Origin: Convolutriloba macropyga
Lineage: Eukaryota
NCBI RefSeq assembly: GCF_964194025.1
Contig: NC_134481.1
Location: forward strand, 40,796,001-40,860,000
Direction of reading: 5' to 3'
DNA: 64,000 nt
Below, in pieces: positions 1 through 11,800 of this stretch (position 1 is the stretch's first letter; the number at the start of each line of letters is the position of its first letter). Below the pieces are notes generated by a model that saw only the letters and a program-made list of their open reading frames with translations, was not told where the DNA came from and searched no databases. The translations under genes and the position numbers were made by a program.

Positions 1-240
1 CGCTTGAGTTAATTGTTTTCGAAAATTATCAGTGATTTAATTTAGTTTTGCGTGTTTTTTGAAGTTCATTTTGCTGTCTGAACGCTTTAATCTATTTGGT
101 TGCTTGTTAATCTATTTGGTTTATGGTCCTCTTTTAATTTTGACAGGTCGCATTGGTTTCCCATTGAGGTTAAGTTTTATCTATTTAATCGTTCAAAATT
201 TGGGTTTAAGAACATCAATTTTGTAAATAAATTGTTTTTA

Positions 241-2533
241 ATAGCCGCACAGCGATAGCTGGGGCTATTATTGGCCTTCTCTTGGTTTTTTTACGACTCG
301 AAGAGGAGTATTGGTTTTCTTAAGGTTTTTTTTTTTACCGGAAGTACTATTCGTTCAGACGATGTTTTGACCTAAAAGCGAAAGCGAGTAAAATTGCAGT
401 GTGAACTAATTTTTTCTGAGCGAGAGAAGTTTTTGATCATGCGCTGCGTTTAGTGAATGACTTTTTGACATTGAAAAGTAGTTTTTGACTGAATAGCACA
501 TATAGATAACCGTTTTTAGCCGTTTTTTCGTCTAAGTGGCCTAGTTTTTTTGCTTGTAATTTGGTTTTTGGTAGAAATAATTTTTAATCGATGCTATGTT
601 GAAATGTAAACCCGGGAAATTGTTAGCACCGTATTTTGCATAGCCTGAAATTGCGTTTCAATTGCGAAATTGGCACATATTTCTTGATTTTTTAGTTAAT
701 TTTTGGCTTTTTTTCTATTAATTTCTTCATTTTTGGATCTTTTAGCTGTTTTTTGTCAAAAATCAGTTAATATGGCAACTTCCCTTTGATAATTCATATA
801 CTCAATGCCTCTTTCTATACCTCGATGTAATTTTGTTTCATAAAATTGTACATTTGCTAATCCGATTTTCGTAGTTTTTTGCAATTTTTTTCAGTTTTTT
901 GTTTGTATTTTGCTTTTAATTACTAGAAATAGTATTTTGGGGAAGATGAGGGACTTTAATTTCGTTTCAATAAAAATTCAATCATTTTTTGGTGTTAAGT
1001 TTTTGAAAAAACAGATAAATTTTTTTCATAAATGCAGTCTCAAATATTTTTTGACCACTTTTTTGCAAAATGTTTCATTGTTTCGTATGTCTGAATTCTG
1101 CTTTTTCTTGTTTTATTCTGTTCAGCAGGCTGGATTTTTGTCTCTTTTCTATGTCTCGAATGCTGATCAATGAAATGTACTCGTTTTTCTTGATTTTTTC
1201 AAATTTGATTTTTAACTTTCAAAAATCAAGAATTGGTCTTTTTGTTACGGTGTTCCTAACATTTTGTCCGTATTCTTCACATTCTCGTTTGTATCATTCT
1301 AGTTTTGTCCTGGCACCTACTTTTGTTTTCGTTATATTGATTTTTTCAGTTCTTAAAAAATTGAATGAATTCAGCTTTTTCTTAGATCTTGGTTTCTTCG
1401 GTTTGCAATTGATTTAATTCAAAATAAGGAAGTACTGGGAGTTTGCTAGAAAGTCTTTTCCAACATTTCGACTTAATACTATTCATTGCAATTTTATTCC
1501 GGGCTGGTTATTGTTATTAGACGATTGTTTGCCTTTGAATATTAATCTGTTGCTTTTGTTTTTCTATGATTAATTTAATTTTTGAATTAGTATGAAATCT
1601 TGTTGTCTAGCATATATACAACAAGGAAGAATTATGTATTATGTTTGTCTTAATTGCCGTGATTAGAAATCTAATTGTAGTGGTTTCTCCCATTCTTAAG
1701 TTTGAGCACTCTTTTTTGAATAATTTTGACTTTCCTGTCTTTTTTGAAAAGTTTTTATCTGCCGTTTGCTTTCGCGATCTTTTTGAGATTAGAATCATTA
1801 ATTATCTGAGGGCAATTGATGGCCCTGTCAGCTTTCTCAGGCTATCAGTTTTTTGACCATCCTAAAAATTTCAGACTTTTTTAACGTTACCAAACGTTTT
1901 CAATAATAAAATTTTGCTGCATTTTCTTTCTCTTGGTGACAGTGGTTTAAATTTCACCGATTTTTTGATCAGACCCGCGGAGGTAATGAGTTAATGGTTT
2001 AATACAAAAGGTAATGGCTTCAGCTTTTTGTGAAGTTTTGGTGCTTCGAGTCGCTTCCGGAATTCTTCCGGCTATGTTTTTTATTTCGTCGTCATGATTT
2101 TTGTTACGACCATATGACGTCACAGCCACTTTTTGTTCATTCGTTCATGCAATTGCAACTGAATTGCATGTGTGACGTCGTTTTTCGCTCTTAGTGGAGC
2201 GAGTTTTTTGTTCATGCGCGTGATTAATTTTTTGGTCACACTTGACTTACCTCACTCTCAAAAATGACTTCCTCAATTTGAAATTGACTTTTATTTACTT
2301 TAATTCAAAGAGATAAGGTCAAATGGGTGTGTGTCACTCTAAATGAAGGTTATTTCAGATCAGCTAATAGAGGCAGCAATAACTTATACAGATTTTTAAT
2401 CAAAATATAACAGATCAGCCTTCAATGAAAAGACGAATTTTTTTGGTCTGTCATTTCTTACTGTTTTTTTTATACACAACTGCCGATCCACGAATCAATT
2501 GCGGCTATTTTCTGGCAATCTGCCAGCTATGTT
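241..2533 (+). mobile_element. Non-autonomous Helentron/DINE-1-like element, family B shell containing a nested family D element
   Basis: 5' ATAGCCGC with a partial inverted repeat (241-270). 3' GCGGCTAT (2501), then stem-loop CTGGCA-atc-TGCCAG and CTATGTT. It sits in T-rich sequence. A homologous copy is at 54355-56344. Confidence 0.7.
293..2079 (+). mobile_element. Non-autonomous Helentron-like element, family D (nested)
   Basis: Subterminal inverted repeats CGACTCGAAG (294-303) / CTTCGAGTCG (2044-2053), then hairpin CCGGAA-ttc-TTCCGG and CTATGTTT. The same ends occur at ~54408 and ~55892-55927. Confidence 0.65.
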
Positions 2534-3474
2534 CGATTTTTGCTGTTTGCTCTTCTCACTAAGCGATCCTTGGTTGTGTATAAAAATTTATGTATATATT
2601 TTAAGTTTAGGTTTTCTGGTGTAAAGATTTGGCGTTTTGGTTGTGCGTTTAAATAACTATAACTGCTCTTATTAAAGTCTTCAGTGGATTTCAAATTTCG
2701 CCAGAATTCTTATCTAACGTCCTTTTACTTTGTCTCGCAAGTCTTAAACAAAGGTGGTGTTTACTGTTCAAGTTTTTTATTATAAGCGTTTACTTAATAT
2801 GCTGTTATTGGTTTTGAGTACTCGCATAACACTCGTTTTCTGAAATATGGGAGGTGAGTTTTCAATATCGTTTTTATTTGTACACGTTTTAGTATATGCT
2901 CTGTTGACTATGAAAGGCCGTTCTTTTTTGTTTTTGATTTGGGATACACTCTTTTGACTATCGAAGGCTGTTCTTCCAGTGAAGTTGATGGCCAGATCCT
3001 GAGTTTGTTTATTTCATGGAATTTAATTTAGGACTTGTCCTGCTGTTTTTAATTCGTGGTCTTAATGACTTGTGCACTCAATTGATGAACTTATTTTAAA
3101 AAATTTAAAACTAATTTTAACAATTGACTAGAGTTCACCTAAACTGTGCCAACAACTTGTGCTCTAATTTTGAGTAATAGAGGTTTTGTACATGTAATCT
3201 CAAACATCTGTCATTTTAACAGAGCCCTATTCTTTTATAACTTTTTTCCTGTATGTATCATTTAAAAATTACACGCCAAATCTAGCTATTAGAATTTTTG
3301 AAAATAAAATGACAGGTATGTGGTCAATTTATCGATCTTTTTCGTTTGCTTTTTCAATTCCAATACAGGTCAAGCAGTTCTATCCCGGTTATTTCCCGGC
3401 AATCGTTCGGCTCTGTTTTTTGAAGTTAGAGGTTGCTTATTGCCGAAAGTCATCCTATGCATTGTTGCATTTTT

Positions 3475-4911
3475 AATTGCTCACAAACGAAGTTTTTAGC
3501 AATTTATTAGTCCTGTCGGTCTTTTTTTCGCTTGACCGAATTTTTCGTCTGACGCATATTTGACTTTTCGTCCTCAAAAACAGGATAAACAGATAGCGCC
3601 CAGCGGGCATTAAGTGCTCTTAGAGCCTTTCAGCTCTGTTTTGGAGACTTATACTTATGGTGTGAAGGGCGGTTCTTAGAGCTTGAAGAACTCTGCACTA
3701 TTGACCCCACACTATTGCCCCCACCCCCACTCGCGCACTGTTACCCACGCCCTCATCAGCGTCCGGTGCACCCCCCCCCCCCCCGTGTCTAAATATTGAC
3801 GAAGAACAACCGCTCGCTGAAAACAACCAAATTTATACTACTTTGCACATTTGTTCAAGCTTTTTAAAAATGTTATTTTTTGAGTTTTGTCAGCCTTAGG
3901 TGTCATGAAACATCCTCTAGGTTTTAATAATAGGTTAATGCATTGTTTCTAGTGGTAATGGAATGGTTTCAACATTTTAACATTACGAATTTTAGCTTTT
4001 TTCAAAACGTGAATTTTTCCAATTTTTTGTTATTTATTTTTGTTCAGGTCCTTCCAGACCCAGGGGCCAGAACACCTCCTTAATGGTCTGATAATAAGTT
4101 ACAGACAAATTTTTATCGGCCATGGAATAATTTTCAACTTTTTAATATCATGAATTTTAGCAAGGTTTTGAGCATTTTTTCAAGTTTTTTTTTGGAAATG
4201 TTCGAGATTTTGTGAGTTTTTCTGGCAACAGTGGCCCCAGGGACCTCCTTTAGTTTTTGGTAATAACTTACCGCATAGATGCTAGAGGTAATGGAATGGT
4301 ATCTGTTTCATATATTTTTCAAGAGTATAATATCACGACTTTAAGTAGTTTTTAAAAATATTTGTAGTTTTTTCCAAATTTTCTTGAGTTTTCTTGAATA
4401 TTTTCCGTAACCAGGGGCCCTGGGACCACCTCCAAGGTTTTATAATAACCTGGTGCATAGTTTTTAGAGTTAATGGAATGGTGATCAATATCAAATTTTT
4501 GGAAAATTAACGTTTTCAGGCTTGAATCAGGGTTACTAGACTCTCTTGAGACAATGAAATGGTTTTGAAGTTGTTAATATCTTGAGTTTTGGCAAGATTT
4601 TGTTAAAATTTTTCTAGTATTTGTCCTTTTCTGAGATTAACGATCATTACTGGCCTTCGAAACTTTTGATGTCTTGCAGATGGGTTTCATGACAGAATTC
4701 TATAAACAAAAAACGGTTTTGAACTCTTTTTTTTACTGCGAAATCTGGAAATTTTTCCTTTTTCAGTTTTTTATATGATTTATTGACTAACAAGGCTAGA
4801 AAACTAGAAGTTGCAGAGTCGAATCCCTTCATGGAAAATAATCCTAGCTCTCTTTCTCTCTCACTATCTCTGTCGGCTAGGGTTTCTTTCCTTCCCTTTC
4901 TCGTTCACGTT

Positions 4912-4966
<55 letters not shown>

Positions 4967-5443
4967 GTTGATGCCGCACTTCAGCTGCTATTATGTTGCG
5001 TAATATCATCATATCCTCATTAACGCTGAGTTATAGTAGAAGTGTTTTTTATCATAAATGACTTAATTTTTTAGGAAATCGTTAAATGCTCAAAAGGAGT
5101 TTGTAGTTTTCGCTTGACCGATTTTTGATCTGACGCATTTGACTTTTTGTCTTTTGAAACGGGATAAAGAAGTAGCACCCAGTGGGCATTAAGTTGAGAC
5201 TTATAATCTTGTGTGAAGGGCGGTTCTTAGAAATTGATCTCACACCCCCACCCACCGCCACCACATCAGTCCCCTCCCCCAATCCACTTTTGCACCCCCC
5301 GCAGCGGTGCACCCCGTTGCGCCCACCTTACGCCCCTTCTATTAAGCTTAAACTAGCCTCACTAAACCGTGGCTAGCTACTGACGAAGCCAACTGCTCGC
5401 CGGTCGTTTAAGAGCAATTCGCCCGACGTTAGTCGGTTATGTT
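3475..5443 (+). mobile_element. Non-autonomous Helentron-like element, family A long form
   Basis: 5' AATTGCTC..AACGAAGT..AGCAATT hairpin. 3' AGAGCAATT, then CCGAC-gtta-GTCGG stem-loop and TTATGTT. It contains internal ~150-190 bp sub-repeats and a (CT)n tract. Homologous to 49556-51535. Confidence 0.7.
4915..4963. repeat. (CT)n microsatellite inside the family A element
   Basis: Directly visible run of about 24 TC units. Confidence 0.95.
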
Positions 5444-5886
5444 ATGATGTTTTGGTGCTGTGTTGAAATCAAAAATGACGTTTCATGCAGTCCATTAAAA
5501 CTGAGTTTTTGCGGTAAAAAGTTTTTGTCCCATTTCAAGGAGAAAGAGACGAGCTGTCATATTTTGGAGAGTTTGTCAGTCGGTCCTTTTTATATTTCTC
5601 TGGCGTTCAATGTGCGACTCTTTTGCTGTCGATTTTCTCGTATCATAATTCACAAGTGTCGGCTCTCAATTGTAATTCTAGTTGCTGCTTAAAAGCTTTG
5701 CCATTTTTATTTTCCCTGCAAAAGTTTCGGGCAAATGGCCTAATAATGACGACTGGATGATTTCAGAATTGCTAATGATTATAGTTGACACTTAGTTTCT
5801 ACAAACCATTCCTTCATAAAAACAATATGACAAATTTGTGTGACAAATAAAATAGCTCGGCTCATGATGTAATTACGTAACGCACG

Positions 5887-8800
5887 ATGACATTAGCCGC
5901 TGTAAGATTGAACAAATTTCCATGGATCCCCGTGGTGGGTGTAGAAATCCATGCTCAAGTAAACTCTCTATCCAAACTATTTTCCTCTGCCCCTAACTCG
6001 AACCCCTCAAAATCCTCCCTGAACTCCAACTTTGACCTGTTTGATGTCTCCATGCCTGGATCTCTTCCGAAACTGAATGAGTATTGTGTGAAATCTGCTG
6101 TGAAAACGTCACTTGCTCTTGGTTTGAACGTGAACAAGGTGTCAGTGTTTGATAGAAAACATTACTTTTATGCTGATTTGCCCGCTGGCTATCAGATCAC
6201 GCAGCAGAGGATGCCCTTAGCATCAGGTGAGGGATGAAATGAATGATATAATAGACAAATAAAAAGCGTTAAAAACATGGCAAGATCCATGATTGTTTTG
6301 CGAATTTCTGACGGAAACGCAATCATGGTTAGTGAAGTGATAGGTTGCAAACACAAATTTGGCTGTCGACTCCAGACAATTGATAAATCAAAATTGATGT
6401 GCAGCAAATTTTGAAGGGAATTAGATGTTGCGTCTTTAAAATCCACGAAAACGAACCCCATTGAAAGACAATTGATTGTGGGTTTATGATAGAGAATAGG
6501 CAACATGACAAAAATTTCCATCAAATTTTTTCCAATACTAAAGATTTTTTGAATTGCTCTCGAACGAAGACTAAAGCAATTGTTGTAAACGTCTATAAAG
6601 AGAAGCGCGAAACGTTGATTTCAAATCAAAATATGAAAAATGCAAATGTTGATTCGCTCCTTACTTGATAGTCGGGAATGACTAGCCTGTGAAATAATTG
6701 TTTTGCTCATCTTTTTACTGTAATCAAATAAATTGAGCAGAAAAGTTGAATTGTTTTTAAACTCATTGCATTTCGATACGAGTTCAACTGGAAAAAGGGA
6801 TTTCCTTACCTTTTCTTTCTGTAGCAGAGGCAATAAATAATCTACAACTTTCTGCAGTTTAATTGGCTTAATTCAATTTTAAATAATTTCAAACAAAATT
6901 CATTTAATCGAATTGGTTAACATAAATGTGATGTTGCCAGTTTGAAAACCTTATAACTTGCTAACATCGCGCTCATCTTAACCGGTTTGAGTAGAATGAA
7001 AATTTTGTTTGAAATTATTATTGGCCGCGCTCGTCTCTTCTGCCCGATTATTCTAGCGGCGCTATTTTAGGACTTGTAGAGAATTGGAGGAGCGTCTTTC
7101 GATCGATAATTTCTGGAATAAATTTATAAAACAATGTAAAAGTCAATGACCGTAAAAACCTGTAAAAGCCAATGACCGTAAAGTGTCTAAGTCAAATGCC
7201 TGAACGAATTGAAGAGCTCAGAGAAGAGATCGATTTTCTGATCGTACCGCAGTTTTGAGCGAGAGCGAGAAAAGCAGGTGAGAATAATTTTTCGCTAAGC
7301 GAATAAAACATTTTGGTCATTTGCGGATTTTTCGCAGCATTGTTTTTCGAATGTAGTTGTTTGAAGTAAATATGCGATTAGCAGAATTTTTGACGATTTA
7401 AATTATATAATAGAATTTTAGATAAAATCTTGAGCTATTTTGTGATTTCTCCGTTTTAGCTTCTTCGGTAATTTTTGTGTTCGTTTTCAAACTTTTTCCT
7501 TCTGTGGTTATTTTTCTGGTTCAATTGAGTTTTTTTAGTTTTGGTTTAGATGACCTTTTGAATATTATCAATTCAATTTTGTTTTAGTGAAAGAAAGTTG
7601 ACTACATTTGGTCAATTATTGAATGTCTGTGCCTATTTCTTCTGTTTTTCTGGCATTAAGAGTTTTCCTCTGTGTAGTGTACAAAGTAAAAGAAAACCTT
7701 TTTGCTTTGTGAAAACCCTTTTTGGGTGATAAATGAATAAAGAAAACACGTTTCTCTTAAGGTTTGGTTAGAACAATTATTGAGACTGTGCAGTTTTTAC
7801 GAAGTTCAGTCTTCATAACAAAGTCTGTCTGATCAAATTTTACAGGGCAAGTGATTTACGGCTTGCATAAACGTGCTTCGACATACAAAAGAGAAGCACA
7901 GTCAGTCAAAAATAAAGAACTATAATAAAAAGATCGTATTTGCAAAAAATATGCAGAATTACTATAAACTAAAAGATCTCGCATCTAAGACCCTCAGAAA
8001 CAGTTTTATGGAGCTTAATTAAATTTGCAGACTGTTGAGCGTATGATTGATTTCATAGGTCCCTAGAACAAAAACAGGTAAAAAAAACTTTTGTTAAACT
8101 GTAAAACTTTTGAGTTAAAGTTGGCTTTACCGATAAACTTACCTAAAAGAACAGAGTCGAAAGAAATTACGAGTGCCATCTAATAAAGGCGCAAAACTGA
8201 ACAAAAAACTACGAAATACAAAACTGTCTCAAAAAGGAAAACGAGTGACTAAAAGCCTATGATGTCAACTTCAGCACGAAAAGTACTGCAACATTTTTAT
8301 AACTAGCTGAGAGGCTCCAATGCAACTTAGTGCCCTTTTGGGTTTACCCGTTTTTTTTTTACTTTTTGAAAGCTGAAATTTATCGTAAAATGTCTGCACA
8401 CATCATAAAGAAGAAGACAGAGCGCCAATGCAATCCAGTTTGGTAGGATTGAAAAATCCCAGCTCATGGAATTCTTATTTTTTGTACAAATTTCAATTAT
8501 CCTAAAGCTGATGATACTATTTTTGAATGTTATGAAAAGATTTTTGCCTCAAAGCACTATAAAATAATTGCAGAACGAAGCAAGTAAAATATTTAAATAT
8601 TAATATTTTATTTGGGTGCGAAGTTTGGGTGCTTTTTGGGTGCTTTTTAATATTTTTTGTGGGTGCGAAATTTAGATGTTTAATAATTGCTTTCGCGTTG
8701 ACTATTCTTGCGGCTGTTCCAAAATTATGCGTGAAATTATTTGACTTTGTGAAGAGTTTTCACATAACACATTTGAAAATTTGAGGTGTCCTTCGTGCTT

Positions 8801-11800
8801 TAACTTCTTCGTGCTTTAGTTTCTCTCTCTGTTGGTACCTTTTAAATTCAATGTTTTTGACGGCCGAAATTGATTTTAGATTGTTTTACTGAAGGTTTCA
8901 TAGATTAGAGTTTCAACTGACAGAAAATGATTCGACAGCGAAGCTATTAGCGTTTCTATGTTTTGAGAAATTCGAACAAATGTCTAGTTGTTTTGCCCTT
9001 GAAAGTTTCTCCTGCTATTTGTATCTGGGTGAATCCAACAATTTGCAAACAATTACCAATTATAAGTAAAAGATCGTTTTCGTAACAATATTTTTCTTTG
9101 TAAAAAGGATGCAGATTATTTAAAGAAAATTATTGTTACGAAAACATGGATCTTTTACTTATAATCGGTACAATTATTTGCAAATTGTTGGATTCAAACA
9201 GATACAAATAGCAGGCGAAACTTTCAAGGGCAAAACAATTACACTTTTGTTCGAATTTCTTTTAGCCCTATGTTCTTAACAAACAAAAACTCCACAAAAT
9301 TCCCTTCATCTTCTGTTACATATTAAATGCCAAGAAATGAAAACAAGAAAAATCTAAAGCTCCACTGAAACTGGTTTATCTGACACTGCTTTTTATTTCA
9401 TTCGATTTTTTGTAGCGAAATTAAACATAAATTCCGTTGAAAAACGAGAACATCACATTTATCTTACAACCCATTGTCTACAAAATTTAACTTTGATTTT
9501 TTTTTCATTAAAAGCAGCCGATTAGCCAAAATAGATGCAAATTATCTTGCGGGCCATGGATTAGATTTATAATCAAATGCATAATAGAGATTATTGAGTA
9601 AAAATTGACAACATTTTAAAGAAAAAGAGTTCAAAAAATTGGAAAAGTCAGTACTATTTGATTGTTTGTTGATTATGCATTCTTCAAATCAAATTATTCT
9701 TGGTCAAATTCTGTAATAGAATAGAAAGCTAAAAACGTCGAAGAATCTTAGATCGTTTTTGAGAACGATCATCAAAACTTTGTAAAAACTGTAAAAGTTC
9801 TTGTAGCTAAGTTCTCAGAGAATATTTTGGGCTGCTCAAATTTATTTTTTTGCACACGGGTAACCAATTATTATACCTCAAAAATGCAGCTTTCAAAGAA
9901 ATTTCGGCTTTGTCAATAGTTCTCTGAAGTGATTTTGAGTGCCGTTTAAGACGAATTGAAAAATTTTGTAAAACTGCACAACTTGGGCTCGAAAAAGTGA
10001 CTATGGGCCATGATGTCGGCTTCAGAACTTAAAAAAAGCACCTGAAAACTACTAAAAACGATATGAGGGACTCCAATGCAATTTAGTGTCCATCGGTTTT
10101 TGCTGTTTATTCCGTCTTGAAAGCTCAGTCACTAATAGAAGTCTGAATATATATTAAAAAGAACAGAACACCGAGACCATTGAAATTGTTTTGATTGAAG
10201 AAATCAAGATCACCGCATTATAGCCTTTGCCAGCTTACAGGGTTGCTATAAAAGTTTTAATCAGCCTTGGGCGTCAATTTTTATTTTTAGGAGATCTTCA
10301 TGTTAATACAATTATCATTTTTTACTTCTTTTGTTTTTTTTTCTAAATTTTGTACCAGTTACCAAGCAAAATTGACTACCCAAAACTGCCCCGCCCCTAG
10401 TATCGTTAATTCGTTGAAATCTATGTTTCGAGTACTTTAATATATGCTGTCACTCTTCAAATCAGTTAACGCCAGTTAATTCGTTAAAATCTGTTTCCAG
10501 TAATTTATTGTATGCTGCCACTCATTTTTCTCGGGGATGCTTAAAAGATTTTCCGATTTGTTCCGGAACAAAGCCAGCCGTCCATATTTATTCCTCGATT
10601 TCTTGAAGTAAATTTCGGAACAATAAATGCCAATGTTACAAATATTTTGACCGATAAGACCAGTAGGTTTTAGTTATGAAAATGGAAAAGTTGATTTTTA
10701 CAGTTATTTTGTTTTAGATTTGCGGCATTAGTGCACTAGCTTAAGCTGTTGGACTGAAAAAAGCATCTGCAAAATGTTTATTAGTTGCTCCTGAACGAAG
10801 TTCATAGCAATTATTGTAAACGTGTGTGTCTTTTTTCATGCAAAGTTTTCGCTTGGCAATTTTGACTTTTTGAGTGACTTTTACGCCCTTGACTTTTTGC
10901 GTTTCGCGTGATCTAAAATTCTCTCTCAATGACAATTTCAAGCAGCTGAATTCAACTGGCTGCAAAATAATCCTAAAAGTCAAATAAAAAGTGCGACGAA
11001 ACTGGTGTCTTTTTTTTTACTTTAAATCTTAGTAGTGGTATATGTTAACCTGTAATGTGGTTATTTGAAGCCCACTATTGAACTTCTTAGTCCCATTTAG
11101 GCTCTCCTCCCCCAACTGAAGCAGGCTGCAATTGATTAGAGCTCCCACTAGTGCGAGAGCAATTCTTCCGAAGTTTAGTCGGTTATGTTTTAGTTGTTCT
11201 TTATTCGACAATCACAGCACTGAACAGTTAGTTGGTCTGAGAGATTACGTTTTAGTGTTTAGAAAGAAGATTGAGCATTGAGGAAGTGGGAAAAATGATT
11301 TCACGAGGAGAAAAAGATTTGAAAATTGTTTGGGTTAGCTGTGTTTCTGTACATTTTGCTTATTTGTTTTGGTCATAAAGAGTGTATGTGAATATATACC
11401 CACTGTCCAATCGAGGATAGGACTCACTGTTTCAGAAATACTCACATACCAAATCTGCTTCAGAAATGCTCACTGTTATAAATAGCTGCGAAGCGATAGC
11501 GACTGTTATTGGGGACTTTATGGTTTTTACAATTCAAAGAATTTGAATTGTGTTAGGGCGCTGTATTTTTTTTAAAGATATGTTCACAAATTTTCATGAT
11601 TTTTGAAGTCAAATTGGAGTAGTGATTTTGGTCACGTCGAAACAGGAAGTGGAGCGAAAAAGCGAGTAGTTTTGCGGCCTGAATTTTTATCGATGTTATT
11701 TTAAAATAGAGCGAGAAAACTGTGTTTGACCAAAATTTCGCTTTCTCGCTAGTGGTTTTTTGTTCACATGCGGCAATTTCACTCTGATTTTAACTGTTTT

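Noticed and set aside
910-5692. Many 60-115 aa ORFs rich in F/L/I/K
   Set aside because: They are translations of T-rich repeat DNA and a (CT)n tract, with no motifs or splice support.
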